Assembly (NCBI GenBank): GCA_013265495.1
Contig: MU058043.1
Span: forward strand, 1-35,456
DNA: 35,456 nt
Reading direction: 5' to 3'
Source of the DNA: Vicugna vicugna
Taxonomy: Eukaryota
Of this stretch, positions 22,072 through 34,477 are shown one piece after another (position 1 is the first letter of the stretch; each line of letters starts with the position of its first letter). Under the pieces are notes generated by a model. The model searched no databases. It saw only the letters and a program-made list of their open reading frames with translations, and had not been told where the DNA came from. Made by a program: the position numbers and the translations under genes.

Positions 22072-23159
22072 CTGTGAAAACCAGGATCCATCATTGCAGC
22101 TGACAGGAGAGAAATCCTGCTGATTTGCTGTAGGGAGAAAGAGGTCAGTAGGAATATACTGTTAGCAAACAGTACCCTGACCGTCCTAGTTTTGGAATAA
22201 AACCCTTGAAAAGCTGAATGCCACAGTCAGACTGTACTTCACCTACCAGCCAGAACATTCTCGAACGTACAGGAGGGAAAATGGAGTAGCAATAGCAAAG
22301 AGAATTTTGCTTTAGCACCGCCTATGACGCATTCGCCTTCACCTGCATCACTCCATGAAGATTATGTGGTTTCAATGCTGCTTACAGGAGTGCAAGCACC
22401 CTGCGCCCTGTCTCTGCAGGTTTAGAATTAATCTGGAATGCATGGAGGAGACATTTGATTCTAGAAGGTAAACATTATCAGGACCTTTGGGAGAAAAAGA
22501 CTGAGATTCGAACCACCAATGAACCAGCAATATGTTTTCCATTTTTCTTCCATTTTCCTCTGGCCTGGTTACAAGGCAGCCCCAAACCTATAAATGGGTA
22601 TTAGGGCATTTACAGAGAGAAGTCTAGGAGGATCTTTCTAGTTCTTCCTCAAAGAGAAAGAAAGGAAATGCTTAAAAATCAGAGGAACTGGAGAATCATC
22701 CCTTTAAGCGCTTTGCTTTATTCTCTTGTATCTTTCCCCTCCCCCTGCAGTCCTGCAGGAGTGGTGACTGCTTATCTTGAGGGTCCTTCTTCATCAGGGG
22801 CACCGAGTCCTTAAAGGGTTGTGGAGAGCACATCTCTTCTTCCTTTGCAGTTTTGCTAGAGACATAATTTATTAGCAGAGAGTATATGACAGAGAAGAAA
22901 AACAAAAGCCCCAGGCTTCCAGGCATGTGGCAGAAAAGGGAGGTCAATGGAATCAAAGTTACCAGAAAGGTTATGGAGTCAGTGAGCCTCAGATAAATGA
23001 TGCATAAAGTTGCACCTGCATTCATATGATCCCAGAGAGCGTATTTAAGACTTTGAGAATAGGACTTCATTAATAGGCTGTATTTCTTTTCACTGGGTGG
23101 TGCACATAGGGACAGATTCAAATAGCACTGCAAAGACTTTGAAAGTAGAAGACAACAAA

Positions 23160-23480
23160 ATCAAAACACAGAGGTGGCTGGTCAAAACTTACACCATAAA
23201 CTCAAATATAAGCATTTATGCTTAAAAAAAAAGGAAGAAAAAAAAAAAGAGAAAAGTCAGTATTCACTATAGGATTGAAATAAGACCCAGAGACACACGA
23301 AAAGCTATACAGACTGTCCAGGATACATTCCAAAAACTACTTGTAATATAAAAAAATAAGAAATCTCCAATTTTCTAAGGAAAAAAGCAATCATAAGATA
23401 TTAATGCTGAGATGACTTTCGTTTGAATTTTTTCACAGAGACTTTAATGTTGTTATGATAAGAATTACCTACTAAGTAAG
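23160..23480 (+). mobile_element. Degraded old L1 5' region fragment
   Basis: 'gactgtccaggatacattccaaaaactacttgtaatataaaaaaataag...atgctgagatgact...cagagactttaatg' resembles L1M sequence at the start of ORF1. Confidence 0.5.
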
Positions 23481-25418
23481 GTTTAAAATATGTATATTTA
23501 GATTTAGAACACATAAAGAAATAACACAGTTTTGACAAGACATGACAAGAATACCTACTTGTGATAACAGAGAACAGACCTTATGGTATTCAAGATATTC
23601 ATAAACTTACCTATTCACTTAACTTGGCTTTTATATTTCCCACATTCTTGCCCCTTCTGGCTCCTCCCCTAGCATTTTCTTCATCTGGATCTCTCGCTCA
23701 ACAATACAAAATTTAGTTGTATCCATTCATATTTCCATTCTATCTATTAAATCTTTATTTTCTGAAGAGTACCGTATGTTTAAATTCTACTAAGCCTTTA
23801 GATTTTTGATTGTTTATATCCACTACTGAAATATTTTTTATATCTGCACACATCTTTATCATGTTCCAATTCTTTCTTTGAAAAGATGCATTTTATTTGT
23901 TTTATATCTGTGCACTGTTTACCTTACCTAGTTATCATGAACATGCCGGGTCAAAATGTGCAGGTATCAATCCTTCCAGGACGTTAAGAGGGTGCCCATC
24001 ACTTTTTCCCTCAGGCTTTCCTGCATCATGGTGTGTGCAGCGGTTCCTCACACCAGAAACCAGACACCTTCCACCTCCCCACTGTTTTCTGGTTTTGTTT
24101 TTCTTTGGTGGCTATTTTGCTTATTGCCTAGTGTGGCGAAATAAAGCTTCTCTGGATTTTTCTGTGTTCCTCTAAAATTTTACAAGTCCTCTCTCGTATC
24201 GTGAGATTTACATGTGTAGCCATTCCTCTTATCTCCAGGAGATGGCCAAAGGTTACAGTGTCTTGTAAATTCCTAGATTAAGAGCAGGTGCCAGGAATAT
24301 TGAAGTGGCTATCTGCCTATATATTTACCTGTCAAAGGGAAATGAGAATTGAGTTCTGGATGCCACTGGAGAAGTGTTACCAACACACCAAAGTGTTGGG
24401 TTTAGGAGTAATAATTTTCAGGAAGAGAGGCAGACAGCTGCCTCCTCTTTTTTGCTTCCTTTCTTGTCTTTGGGTCCTGCTACTGTTGTGGACAACTGAC
24501 CAAGTTGTACTGGGATTGTGAGTTAGGGCGAGTGGGTTGACCCTTACTGTGTACTGTGAAGAATAACAAGAAATTTGTCTCCAATCCAGAATATCTTATT
24601 AATTTAGTGTTAATAAAGATGAATAATAAATAACCATCACCTTAGCTGCATCTAAATATTTCTCATTTCTGTGTTTTCTGTTGGATGGAGGGAGGCTAAA
24701 GCCTGTTTGGGGGTTATCATTTTCTCATTTACCTTCAAACTTTCTGTATTTTTTCCCCCGATATGTCTTCTTCAAACTTCATATTTTGAGATTTAAATCC
24801 TCTTTCATGTATGCTTACTGAATTTACTATATATTTGGAATCATTTCTGTCATCCTATTTTATAATTTAAAACAAAATCATTCCAAATAGAAGTTCGCTC
24901 TTTCCAGCAAATGTAACGTCTGTTTACCTGAAGGTTAATAATCCCTGTGCTTACAGGGTGGTTATATGGGGTCACCCGGCTTCCTTATTTCCCGTGAGCA
25001 TCTTTTTCTTGCTCCTTGGAATAGAGGGGGGAAAAGGGCTGCTTTAACCCCTATCTTCCCACAGAGAAAACATATGTGTCCGTGGCAGAAGTGCCTAATG
25101 GATTAACATTTCTGGGAGACCATCTCAGGAAAAGGATGAGATCTTCCTTTAGAACTTGGGGGGATTCAGAATCTTTTTGCTCAGATTCTAAAAAGATTGG
25201 ACAGAGAGAGAGGTGATTCTGGGAAGATAAAATCTCTAACCACAGTGATCAAATGAGACATTTAAAAATTCACCTTCCCAGTAAAACCATTGTGAACCCT
25301 TAATGGTTTGTGCAATTTCACGATTCAGTGAAAGCTAATGGTGTGTTTCTCACACCTGCTTGGGCATTTATCTAATTTTGCATTATCTCAATGTGTATAA
25401 TTTTATGCGTCGTCTCAA

Positions 25419-25530
25419 TTGTAAGTACCTTGAAGGTGGAAGCTGTGTATTATTCCTTAGTATATAATTTTGATAACTGTGAGCCAATAGCAGACATATA
25501 GTATAAAAAATTTAAATAATTGTTGAGTTA
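25419..25530 (+). mobile_element. L2 3' end
   Basis: 'tgtaagtaccttgaaggtggaagctgtgtattattc...gacatatagta...aaataattgttgagt' follows the L2 terminus. Confidence 0.55.
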
Positions 25531-27309
25531 AAAAAATGGTGTATGACCTGCTCTGACAAAGTGTTTCTATTGGCAAAAAATAAGAGGAGAATTTTTTTTA
25601 TAATTTCATAAATCATAATCATTTAAATAGGAACATTACTGTGTATTTTCAACAAAAAGTATACCCTAATAAAATTAAACGAGCCTATAAAATATAAAAA
25701 AAAAGATTGATAGTGTCTGAATGTGACCCAAAGAAGAAACAAGTATATTCATTAGGATTCAATTATATTTCCCCTTAAAATGTAAATATTTTACTACATG
25801 TCTAAGAATATTTAAGGAAATATGGAGTTTCAGAAATGGCATATGTTTGAAAATATGGGTCGTACTAACTCATTAAAATTTCTCATTACATTTGAGTGTA
25901 TCTATATAATCCATGTAATCAATTTGAAGACTACAAAAACAACTTTAATTGAAGCATTACAAATCAATAGTTCCGTAACTTTTTCTGTCACTTTTAAAAC
26001 TATTTTTTAAATGTCACATTATATGGTAGAAAAAGAGAAAAATGGTTAGAGAATAAGATGGAAAAGTCACTTCCAATGGCTCCCTCTGCATATTTATTTT
26101 GTCTTTTGTAAGTTGTTAACGATTTCTTTGTCCAGATTAAAATGTATAGTATATATGATGCAAATTATACGCACTTACTTATACACATGAAATGAAATTA
26201 TTTTCCACCACCTTTTCCCATGCAATATTTAAATAAGAATCTCTGAGCCACGTTGAGAGATGTTTTTACTTTCCACAAGCAGCACCAGATCTGTGCCATG
26301 CTTGGCAGAAAACAACAAAACAAAACAAAACAAAAAACCCTTTTATCAATGATGCTCAAATCATGAAATTTAGGGAAGGAAATTATGATAATAACCAAAA
26401 AATGCCTAATTGCCATTATTCAATCAACAGAAATTTGATGAGTAAGGTAAAAAGACTGAAGCAAAAAACTGCTACAGAGTCAGTTTTCAAATTCTCAGAT
26501 GTTCAAGATTCTACTGAGCTGTTCACGTTCAGTTTGTCTATATCTTTACATATTAATATTTTGAAAATATTGTGAATTTATAAAATCTTGAAAGGTACTT
26601 CAAAAATGAATAAATTGAGAAAGTAGATATTAAGATCTATATTAAATACTTGTTTTCCCTTATACCCACACTTACTAATTTGACATGTTTTAAACAAGGA
26701 TTATGAGAAATAGGTCAAAAATATTTTGACAAACACATAAGGTGGGTTATGTAATCAACATGTATTCTTGAAAGCACAGTAAATTTCCCCTAAATTTTGC
26801 ACTTTATCATTTAAATTTGTTAAATTTGTTAATTTTTTTGTCTTGGATAAGACATAGTATCTGCTTACATATAGAAAGCAGAATTTGGGGAGGAAATTTT
26901 TGCCAATATTAACAATAGCCTCCTTCTAAATCAAACATAATTAAATCTTAGGTAACTGTCATCTAATTAAAAAATGTGATATTTTTGTTAATAACATACT
27001 GCTGAGGAAGATAGTCCTATAACCTTCCTTATTAACCCAAGAGATTGACAGCACACCTACTAGAGAACCAGAGAAGTTCTTATGAAGCACAATTTCTCAC
27101 CTGCTTTGTGAGGTTCATTTGTGTAAGAATAAGCGTTGTGTGTTTATGAAGAATACGCAGGTTGAAATCAGTTTTTTTTGGTAATAAACTGTCAAACACA
27201 TAATGAGAATTAGAGCAAGAGATGTGTGGCTAGAATTAGTCTTCTCCTGGAACTTACCCAGAAATCAAGCTTTCTTATTATTTATATGACTTACTCTTTT
27301 TGCATATTG

Positions 27310-27898
27310 TTAAACTCAAATGTATTATATACAAAAGCTTTTTTCATTAGCAGTGACTTCAAGTTTCCACTATATAGAGAAAAAGAAAATAAGTTAATTA
27401 AGAAAAAAATCACTGATACTTTTAGATCTTAATATAATCCAAAATTTGTAATTTATTTTGTATGTCAATATCAAGGAAAATTACAGTTAAATTTACTTAA
27501 AAATCAACAGATGTTTTTGTTAAAGCTACATTTCTGAAGAAATTCTATAGTCTTCCTTTATAACTGAATGGATTGATAGCTAATAAAAGAATCCAAAAAA
27601 TAATTAAACTCAAATGTATTATATACAAAAGCTTTTTTCATTAGCAAACAGTGACTTCAAGTTTCCATTATATAGAGAAAAAGAAAATAAGTTAATTAAG
27701 AAAAAATCACTGATACTTTTAGATCTTAATATAATCCAAAATTTGTAATTTATTTTGTATGTCAATATCAAGGAAAATTACAGTTAAATTTACTTAAAAA
27801 TCAACAGATGTTTTTGTTAAAGCTACATTTCTGAAGAAATTCTATAGTCTTCCTTTATAACTGAATGGATTGATAGCTAATAAAAGAATCCAAAAAAT
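27310..27898. repeat. Direct tandem duplication of about 293 bp (27310-27601 and 27604-27898)
   Basis: The copies differ only by a 4-nt indel, one C/T substitution and one A-run length. Confidence 0.97.
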
Positions 27899-28368
27899 CC
27901 CTCCTAATGTTTAATCTCTCTACTTATTTTGTAACATCCTTGTTGCCTGTTAAATCTAATGCCCCAATTTTCTAGAGAACATACATTCAGATCTAGGGGT
28001 CAAAAAATTTCATTACTTTTTGCATACTGGGGCTTTGGATACACCTTTGTGTGAGCATGCAAAAATTTTAGGGTGAAATTAAACAATTATAAGCATTTAT
28101 TTAGACATCTACTCTGCGATACTTGAAATTTCTCATGTTATCTTACCCATCAGGTATTTAGTTTCTTAAATCTGTACCTTTCCACACTGTACACATATTT
28201 TTTTTTTAACTAATGACAGGTTATTTATCTTAGCTTAAAAAATCAAAAACTTGATGTACAGTTTTCCTATCTTTTAAAGAATTCATTACCAATACAAACA
28301 TTTAACAAGAAGAAAGAGAAATAATCTAGCCCCAAATTTTCAAAAAAGTCATTAATTAAAGGCAAACT

Positions 28369-28528
28369 TCTATCTGTCTGTCTATCTGTCTATCTATCTA
28401 TCTATCTATCGATCTATCTATCTATCTATCTATCGATCTATCTATCTATCTATCTATCGATCTATCTATCTATCTATCTATCGATCTATCTATCTATCTA
28501 TCTATCGATCTATCTATCTATCTATCTA
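28369..28528. repeat. (TCTA)n microsatellite with TCTG and periodic TCGA variants
   Basis: Read directly. Confidence 0.97.
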
Positions 28529-28593
28529 ATGCATATTGTTATTTATTCTATAGTTAATATAATGCCCATCTTTCCATTAACAGGAAAAACAGA

Positions 28594-28635
28594 AATAAAT
28601 AAGTAAATAAATGAATAAATAAATAAATAAATAAA
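28594..28635. repeat. (AAAT)n microsatellite
   Basis: Read directly. Confidence 0.85.
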
Positions 28636-28649
28636 TTTATTTTTCCATA

Positions 28650-29190
28650 AATGTTTTCCAGTTGATTTGGTATGTACTCTTTATTTCTTCTTCATTTTGT
28701 GATTTGATAATTTTCTTTTGCATTATCTTGGTTTTTCTTATTTTGGCTGTGTGATTCTATTATGTGCTTTTGTTGTGTGGCTACCCTGTTTTTCAAGTAT
28801 ATTAACCCATTATTATATCTGTTTGCTTTAAACTGATAGTCATATAAACTCAAACACATCCTAAAAAAAGAAAGAAAAAAAAGAAAAAAATATATTTTCT
28901 TTCTCCTTTCTCCCACTTTTTTATGATTTTGTTGTCCCCCTGTACATCTTCCTGTTTATTCTGTTGCAACCCATTATAGTTATTGCATTTCCACTTACGG
29001 TCTTCTCTGTTCTATAGCATCCTGCTGCTTTTCTATTTAGAATAGACCTTTCAGTATTTCTTTTAGGATAGGTTTAATATGGCTGAATTCTTTTAGTTTT
29101 TGCTTCTCTGTGAGATTCTTTATCTTTCCTTCTATTCTAAAGGTTAGCCTTGCTGGATAGAATATCCTAGGTCGCAGCTTCTTCTCATTC
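28650..29190 (-). mobile_element. L1 ORF1 end and inter-ORF fragment, antisense
   Basis: 'gctgaattcttttagtttttgcttctctgtgagattctttatctttccttctattctaaaggttagccttgctggatagaatatcctagg'. Confidence 0.85.
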
Positions 29191-29599
29191 TACCCTGAAG
29201 GATTTCAAATGGCCTGAGGCAAGGAAGACCCCTTCCCCTTTGTATATCTCTTCATAATGGCACTTTAAAAATCTACACTCTTCTCATGAAGTAAGATCCC
29301 ATGTAAGATCTGCTTTATGGAATGTTTTAGACTAGGTGGAAACAAGAAAGCAGTATAGTTGGGGAGACAATAGCACAATTTTATAAACAAGAAGTTTTAA
29401 AAATTATTCTTTGGAAAACAGATCTCAGAAGTACACTTGCTGTTAGATACCTAAAAGGAAGGGCAAAGGTAAGGTATCAAATTTCAGATAAAGATATTAA
29501 AACACTATTCACTAAAGCTACCTGAATAAAGAATAGTTGTTTCACGTCTAATCATCATAATGAAAAAATATTTAATCTTGAAAATGCACTTAAGATATG

Positions 29600-29853
29600 T
29601 GTATATGTATATATTTTAAAAAAGATTGTTAAATATATATGTGTATGTGTGTATATATAAAATACATATAATATATATTTTATGTAAATATTATATATTA
29701 TATATAAAATATATATATATGTAAGTGTATATATATATATTTTAAAAAATAAGATTGTTAAATATATATGTGTATGTGTGTATATATAAAATACATATAA
29801 TATATATTTTATGTAAATATTATATATTATATATAAAATATATATATATGTAA
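29600..29853. repeat. AT-rich tandem duplication, period about 129 bp
   Basis: 'aagattgttaaatatatatgtgtatgtgtg...atgtaa' starts at both 29622 and 29751. Confidence 0.92.
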
Positions 29854-31231
29854 CTTTTTCAAAACAAACATGTAAGGACAAAAGACAATAGTGGCTTTAA
29901 ATAAAGAATGGATAGTTAGAAACTTGTATATAAGGTTTTCAATATCCACAAGCAGAATTTTGTATTGTACCTGTTAAAAATTTACAGACGTAACTCCTCA
30001 CGTGCATTGATTGGCCAGTTGTAGTCACGATATGCCCAAAATCAATTATTTAAGTATTTTAGTCTTTGTCTAGTAATCAGTCATTTTGTTGCTGTTGTTT
30101 TTCGGTAGTGTGAAGGAAGAGGAAGTGAAAGAGGTATGGAGTATGAGTAGTTTATAAATCAAAATTGATTTTAAGTTGCTGGTTGGGTTGATGAATGTTA
30201 GCATCTTTTCTTCTGAAGCTTATCTATTAATGGAGGACTCAATGACATATTCTGTTTTTCAAAGGTGAATTAGGGGGTATATGATAAAACCGTAGCAACA
30301 AAGGCAATGAAATTTTGTATGAGAACAAATATGAAGTATCAGGATCACCAAATAATTTGCATTAAAAATATGCTTGCTTTGTTGTGACCGAGACATTTCC
30401 CTTGTGGTGGTTTGATTTCTCTAACTTGATAATTGCTTGGTGTCCCAGTAAGACCATTTATGAAAAAATAGTTCAGGTTAAAAGCATAGGGACTGAATGA
30501 AGATTTGAATTAACTCCCACAGAATATGAGAGAAAAAAAAAGGTTTCAAAACTGCCTTGTTTTCTTGATTTAGTAACTTTCTGGAGCTGGGAGTCCTGCC
30601 AGTTAAACCCCTGCTCTGGATGTGCCAAGGGACTTGTTAGAGTGCTATGATATAACAATTAAAAAGTTATAATTAAATAGAGGAAATTACAAGCACTTGC
30701 ATCTGTGGTTTGGATCCCAGGAGAAGAAGAGCTTGTTAAAACATCTCTTGGGGTTGTAACTCAGCTCACCTTGTGTTCCAGGCAGTAATGAAGCCCCAGG
30801 TTTACTTAGGGGAACTTGGCAACAGTGAAATCAAAGAGAAACTTAGAGAAAAAGTTGTAGGTTTCTTTGGGATCAGATAGATGCAATTCTCATGCACGGT
30901 GCATGGACCATTTTCCTATCATTAAGTATGCTGTGTGTATGTTTACAAGTGTACTGGGGGCAGGAGGAGAAGTGTGCTCATTAATTTGAATTAGTAAAAC
31001 AGCAAAATAGGCTCTCCTTGGTGACTATGGGCTCATTTAATGCCTATGCTCATTATTTCTTGAGGCTCTTTTGCACATGATGATTGATCACTGGACTAAA
31101 TGGATCATTCCAAGGGCAGACTCTTTTCCCTGACATTATCACTTATTTCATTATGTTGAAGACATAACTCCAGATTAATAACTTAGCTTTCTTTTAATAT
31201 TTTGGCTACACCACAGTGCGTAGAGTAGAAT

Positions 31232-31534
31232 TGTTACTGAAGGCAAGTTTGTGTGCCCACTGTACCATGAGGCCAAACAAATTGAAACATCAAAGTTTGG
31301 AGCAGAGAAAGCTTTATTGCTTGGCCGAGCAAGGAGGGTGGTGTGGCTCATGCCAAGGAAAAACACGGAACTCCCTGAAGGGTTTCAGAAAAGCATATTT
31401 AAAGGCCAGGTAAGGGAGGGGAGTGGTAGGGTACGTGATCAGCTCGTGCACAATTCTCTGATTGGTTGATGTTGAGGTAACAGGACGGTGAACACTGTCA
31501 ACTCTTGGGTGCCAGAAGGTCTTGAGGCTACACA
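31232..31534 (-). mobile_element. ERV1-type LTR, 3' portion
   Basis: The minus strand ends ...AGTAACA at 31232 and has AATAAA (plus tttatt near 31312). 'gtttggagcagagaaagctttattgc' and 'gatcagctcgtgcacaattctctgattggttgat' are typical of cetartiodactyl LTRs as I recall them. Confidence 0.8.
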
Positions 31535-33241
31535 TTCCTTTCCGGCCTAGAATGTTTCTGCTGAAAAGTCAGCTTACAGTCTTATGGGAGTTCCCTTTTA
31601 TGTAATTAGTTGCTTGTCTCTTGCTGCTTTTAATATTTTCATTATCTTTATTTTTTGCCATTTAAATTATAATGTATCTTCAGGTAGGTGGGTCTTGTTT
31701 GAAATTCTCTGTAATTCCTGTACTTGAATGTCTGTTTCCTTTCCCAGGTTACTGACATTGTTAGCTTTTTTTTTTTTTTAAATAAGTTTTCAGTTTCAGT
31801 CTCTCTTTCCTCTCCTTCTAGGACCCCTATAATGCAAACCTTATTATTCTTTATGTTTTCCCAGAGGTCTCTTAAACTATCTTAATTTTTTAGCACTTTT
31901 TATTTTCTTTTTCTGTTCAGCCTGGGTGATTTCCACTACTCTGTCTTCCAGTTTGCTCATCTGTTCCACTATATCATCTAATCTACAGTTGATTCATTCT
32001 AGTGTATTTTTTATTTCAGTTATGGTATTCTTCAGCTCTGTTTGGTTCTCCTTTATATTTTCTAACTCTTTATTAAAAGTTTCACTGTGTCCATCCATTC
32101 CTGTCTTGAGTTCCTTGAGCATCTTCTTGATCGTTACTTTGAACTCTTTGTTGAGTATATTTATTTCCACTTTGTTTAGTTCTTCTTGTGAGGTTTACTT
32201 GTTTCTTCCTTTGGAGCATGTTCCTCTCTCTTCATTTTGCCTAATTCTTGTCTTTCTCTCTATGTATTAGGTAGATGATTACTTTTGCTGATTTTGGAGA
32301 CGTGGCCTTATGTAGGAGATGTCCTGTAGTGTCCAGGGGCATGCTTCTCCCTGGTCACCAGTTACATGCTCTACAAGTGCCCCCTATGTGGGCCATATGG
32401 GTCCTTCTGTTCTGGTGGGGCCAGCTACCATGAGTGCATTGGTAGAAAGGGCTGGATGCTGGCCTGGTTGGCTGCCAGGTGCTGCTTTGTGTAGCGGCTG
32501 CCCGCTTATGGCAGATGGGCTGAGGTCCCAGTGTGGCTGGTTGCATGGCCTGGGGTGCAGGGCCAGGGTTTGTGCTGGCCCACTGATGGATGGGTGATTT
32601 CCTGGCATTAATAGGCTAGAGTGAGGACTCCCAAATGGTGCTTGCCAGTGCTGGGGTCCCTGATGTAGAATGAGCTCCCCCAAATGCCTACAGCCAGCAT
32701 CTCCATCCCCAGGGTAAGTTTTACTTGCCTCCTGCCCATCTGGGATACTTTCCAAACTCAGCAAGTTGGTTTGATCCAGGCTCTTTTCCAATTGCTGCTT
32801 CTGCACTGGATCATGTAAAATTTTTCACATGTTTTTAAAGATAAGATTCTCTGTTTCCTAAGGCCCTCCAGCCCTCCTGTACACAAGCCCTGCTGGCCTT
32901 CAAAGCCAGATGTTCTGGGGGCTCCTCTTCCTGGTACAGAACTCTTAGACCGGGGAGCCTGATGTGGGGTCAGATCCATCACTTCCTGGGGGGAAACTCT
33001 GCGGCTGTGTTACCCTCCTGTTTGTGGATCACCTAGCAAAGGGTGTGGGTCTTGACTTTACCATGTCTTTTTCCCTCCCACCACCCATTTGCGGTGGCTC
33101 CTTCCGTATATCTTTAGTTGTAATTTTTTTTTTCTGCTACTCTTCAGATTGTCATAGATAGTTGCTCCGTAAATAGTCTTAATTTTGCTGTGCCTGGGGG
33201 ATGAGGTGAGTTCAAGGTCATTCTACTCCAGTATTTTGACC
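31535..33241 (-). mobile_element. L1 5'UTR and ORF1, with the 3' part missing
   Basis: The minus strand starts 'gtcaaaatactggagtagaatgaccttgaactcacctc', the L1 5' terminus motif. GC-rich UTR at about 33240-32270, then antisense ORF1 signatures such as 'tttctgctgaaaagtcagct...tatgggagttccc'. Confidence 0.88.
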
Positions 33242-33369
33242 ACATACCAAGAAAAATACCCTTAAAATAAAGTAGAACTCTTGCAAATGTATCATGCCAC
33301 CCAAAACCTTTGCTTTTTTAACACATCAAAAATGCACTCACCAAATTTCAGGAAAACTGTCAAAGATAG

Positions 33370-34440
33370 AAGGCATGTTTCTTTTTCTCCCTCCACTTTT
33401 GAGATTTCCTAACGGATTTTCAAGAGTAGCATGATGTATCTACTTACCAAGTTTCAACAATTAACACATATAACATATCTTATTTAACAGTGCCTCCACC
33501 CATTTCCTCACATATTTCATACTGTTCAGTCTGTACGTATTTTACAATGTATTTGAGAGTCACTATTTTTGTATATAATAGAAAATCACATTATCCCAGT
33601 GGAAAATTCACACTTCCTAAATATTACTATCCAGTATCTACTCAGAGTTCATATTTTTGTAATAGACTTATCAGTTCTTAGAAAATGTGTTTACCTGACC
33701 TAGGATCAAAATAAGGCCTATTCTTTGCTATTGCCTGATAAGACTCTTACATATTATTTGGTCAATTTGTTCAGATTTCTTTCTTTATTTGTAATTTTGC
33801 AATTTTCTGTTGTTGTAGAAACTGGATAGTTTGTGGTGAAATTTCCCATAGTCTAGATTTTACTGGATGCATAATCATGGTATCATCTTCCCGTGACCCC
33901 TGCAATTCCCATAAGTTAATTGCTAGAGATAAGGGATTGATTAAATTGTCTTTTTCTTCCTCCCTTCCTCCCTTCCTTTCTCTCTCCCTTCCTTCCTACC
34001 TTTCTCTCTTTCTCTTTCTTTCTTTCTTTCTTCCTTTCTTCCTTTCTTCCTTTCTTCCTTTCTTCCTTTTCCTTTCTTTCTTTGCAAGATAACATACATT
34101 GGCAGTCATCTCTGTGTTGGGGTTGTCAGACCTTTCTTCCTTTCTTCCTTTTCCTTTCTTGCTTTGCAAGATAACATACATTGGCAGTCATCTCTGTGTT
34201 GGGGTTGTCAGTGGCCATTAAATATTATTGTTTAGATAAATGCTGTCATCAGAGTTTTTGAAGTGATAGTTTAATTATATCTTACTTCTTTATTATCTGA
34301 AATCTTTCTTGAAGATTACCCCTCACCACACATAAGCCAAGTACTTGGCAACCTGATTGTCCTGATGGGCAAATTATATAGACATGAAAAATACATTCTG
34401 TTACATTTTATTTCCCAGTTTTAATTAGTTGGTTCCTTAA
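33370..34440 (-). mobile_element. Old L1MC/L1ME 3' end fragment
   Basis: 'ctacttaccaagtttcaacaattaacacat', 'ggatcaaaataaggcc', 'aatttcccatagtctagattttactggatgc'. Confidence 0.6.
33950..34080. repeat. Polypyrimidine (CCTT/CTTT)n microsatellite
   Basis: Read directly. Confidence 0.95.
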
Positions 34441-34477
34441 TATCCTCCTGTATTCACCAAAGTATTTTAAGATTACT

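Larger units (their letters stand above)
14250..24272 (-). pseudogene. Unprocessed, multi-exon pseudogene of a cGAS/Mab-21-like (cGLR) nucleotidyltransferase-fold protein
   Basis: Core exons 22071-21624, 18006-17731 and 16497-(about 15258) have AG/GT boundaries and compatible phases. In order they encode GSY..DTRISSKLSCD, PKGF..W..F, PAFTI/IV, STDISLVPV, MDSIQGKECYCLCLL, HL/KILKPYHVKTA, WADKQVG and ILAFL..VSGN...FLP. Many stops and frameshifts. Outer limits are uncertain. Confidence 0.72.

Noticed and set aside
14250..24272. Possibility that the cGLR-like gene is functional through readthrough, selenocysteine or editing
   Set aside because: All three stop types occur and there are multiple frameshifts inside core motifs. 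Ordinary decay is the simpler explanation.
28389..28528. Regularly spaced repeats as a CRISPR-like array
   Set aside because: No unique spacers, and the DNA is mammalian. It is a simple repeat.
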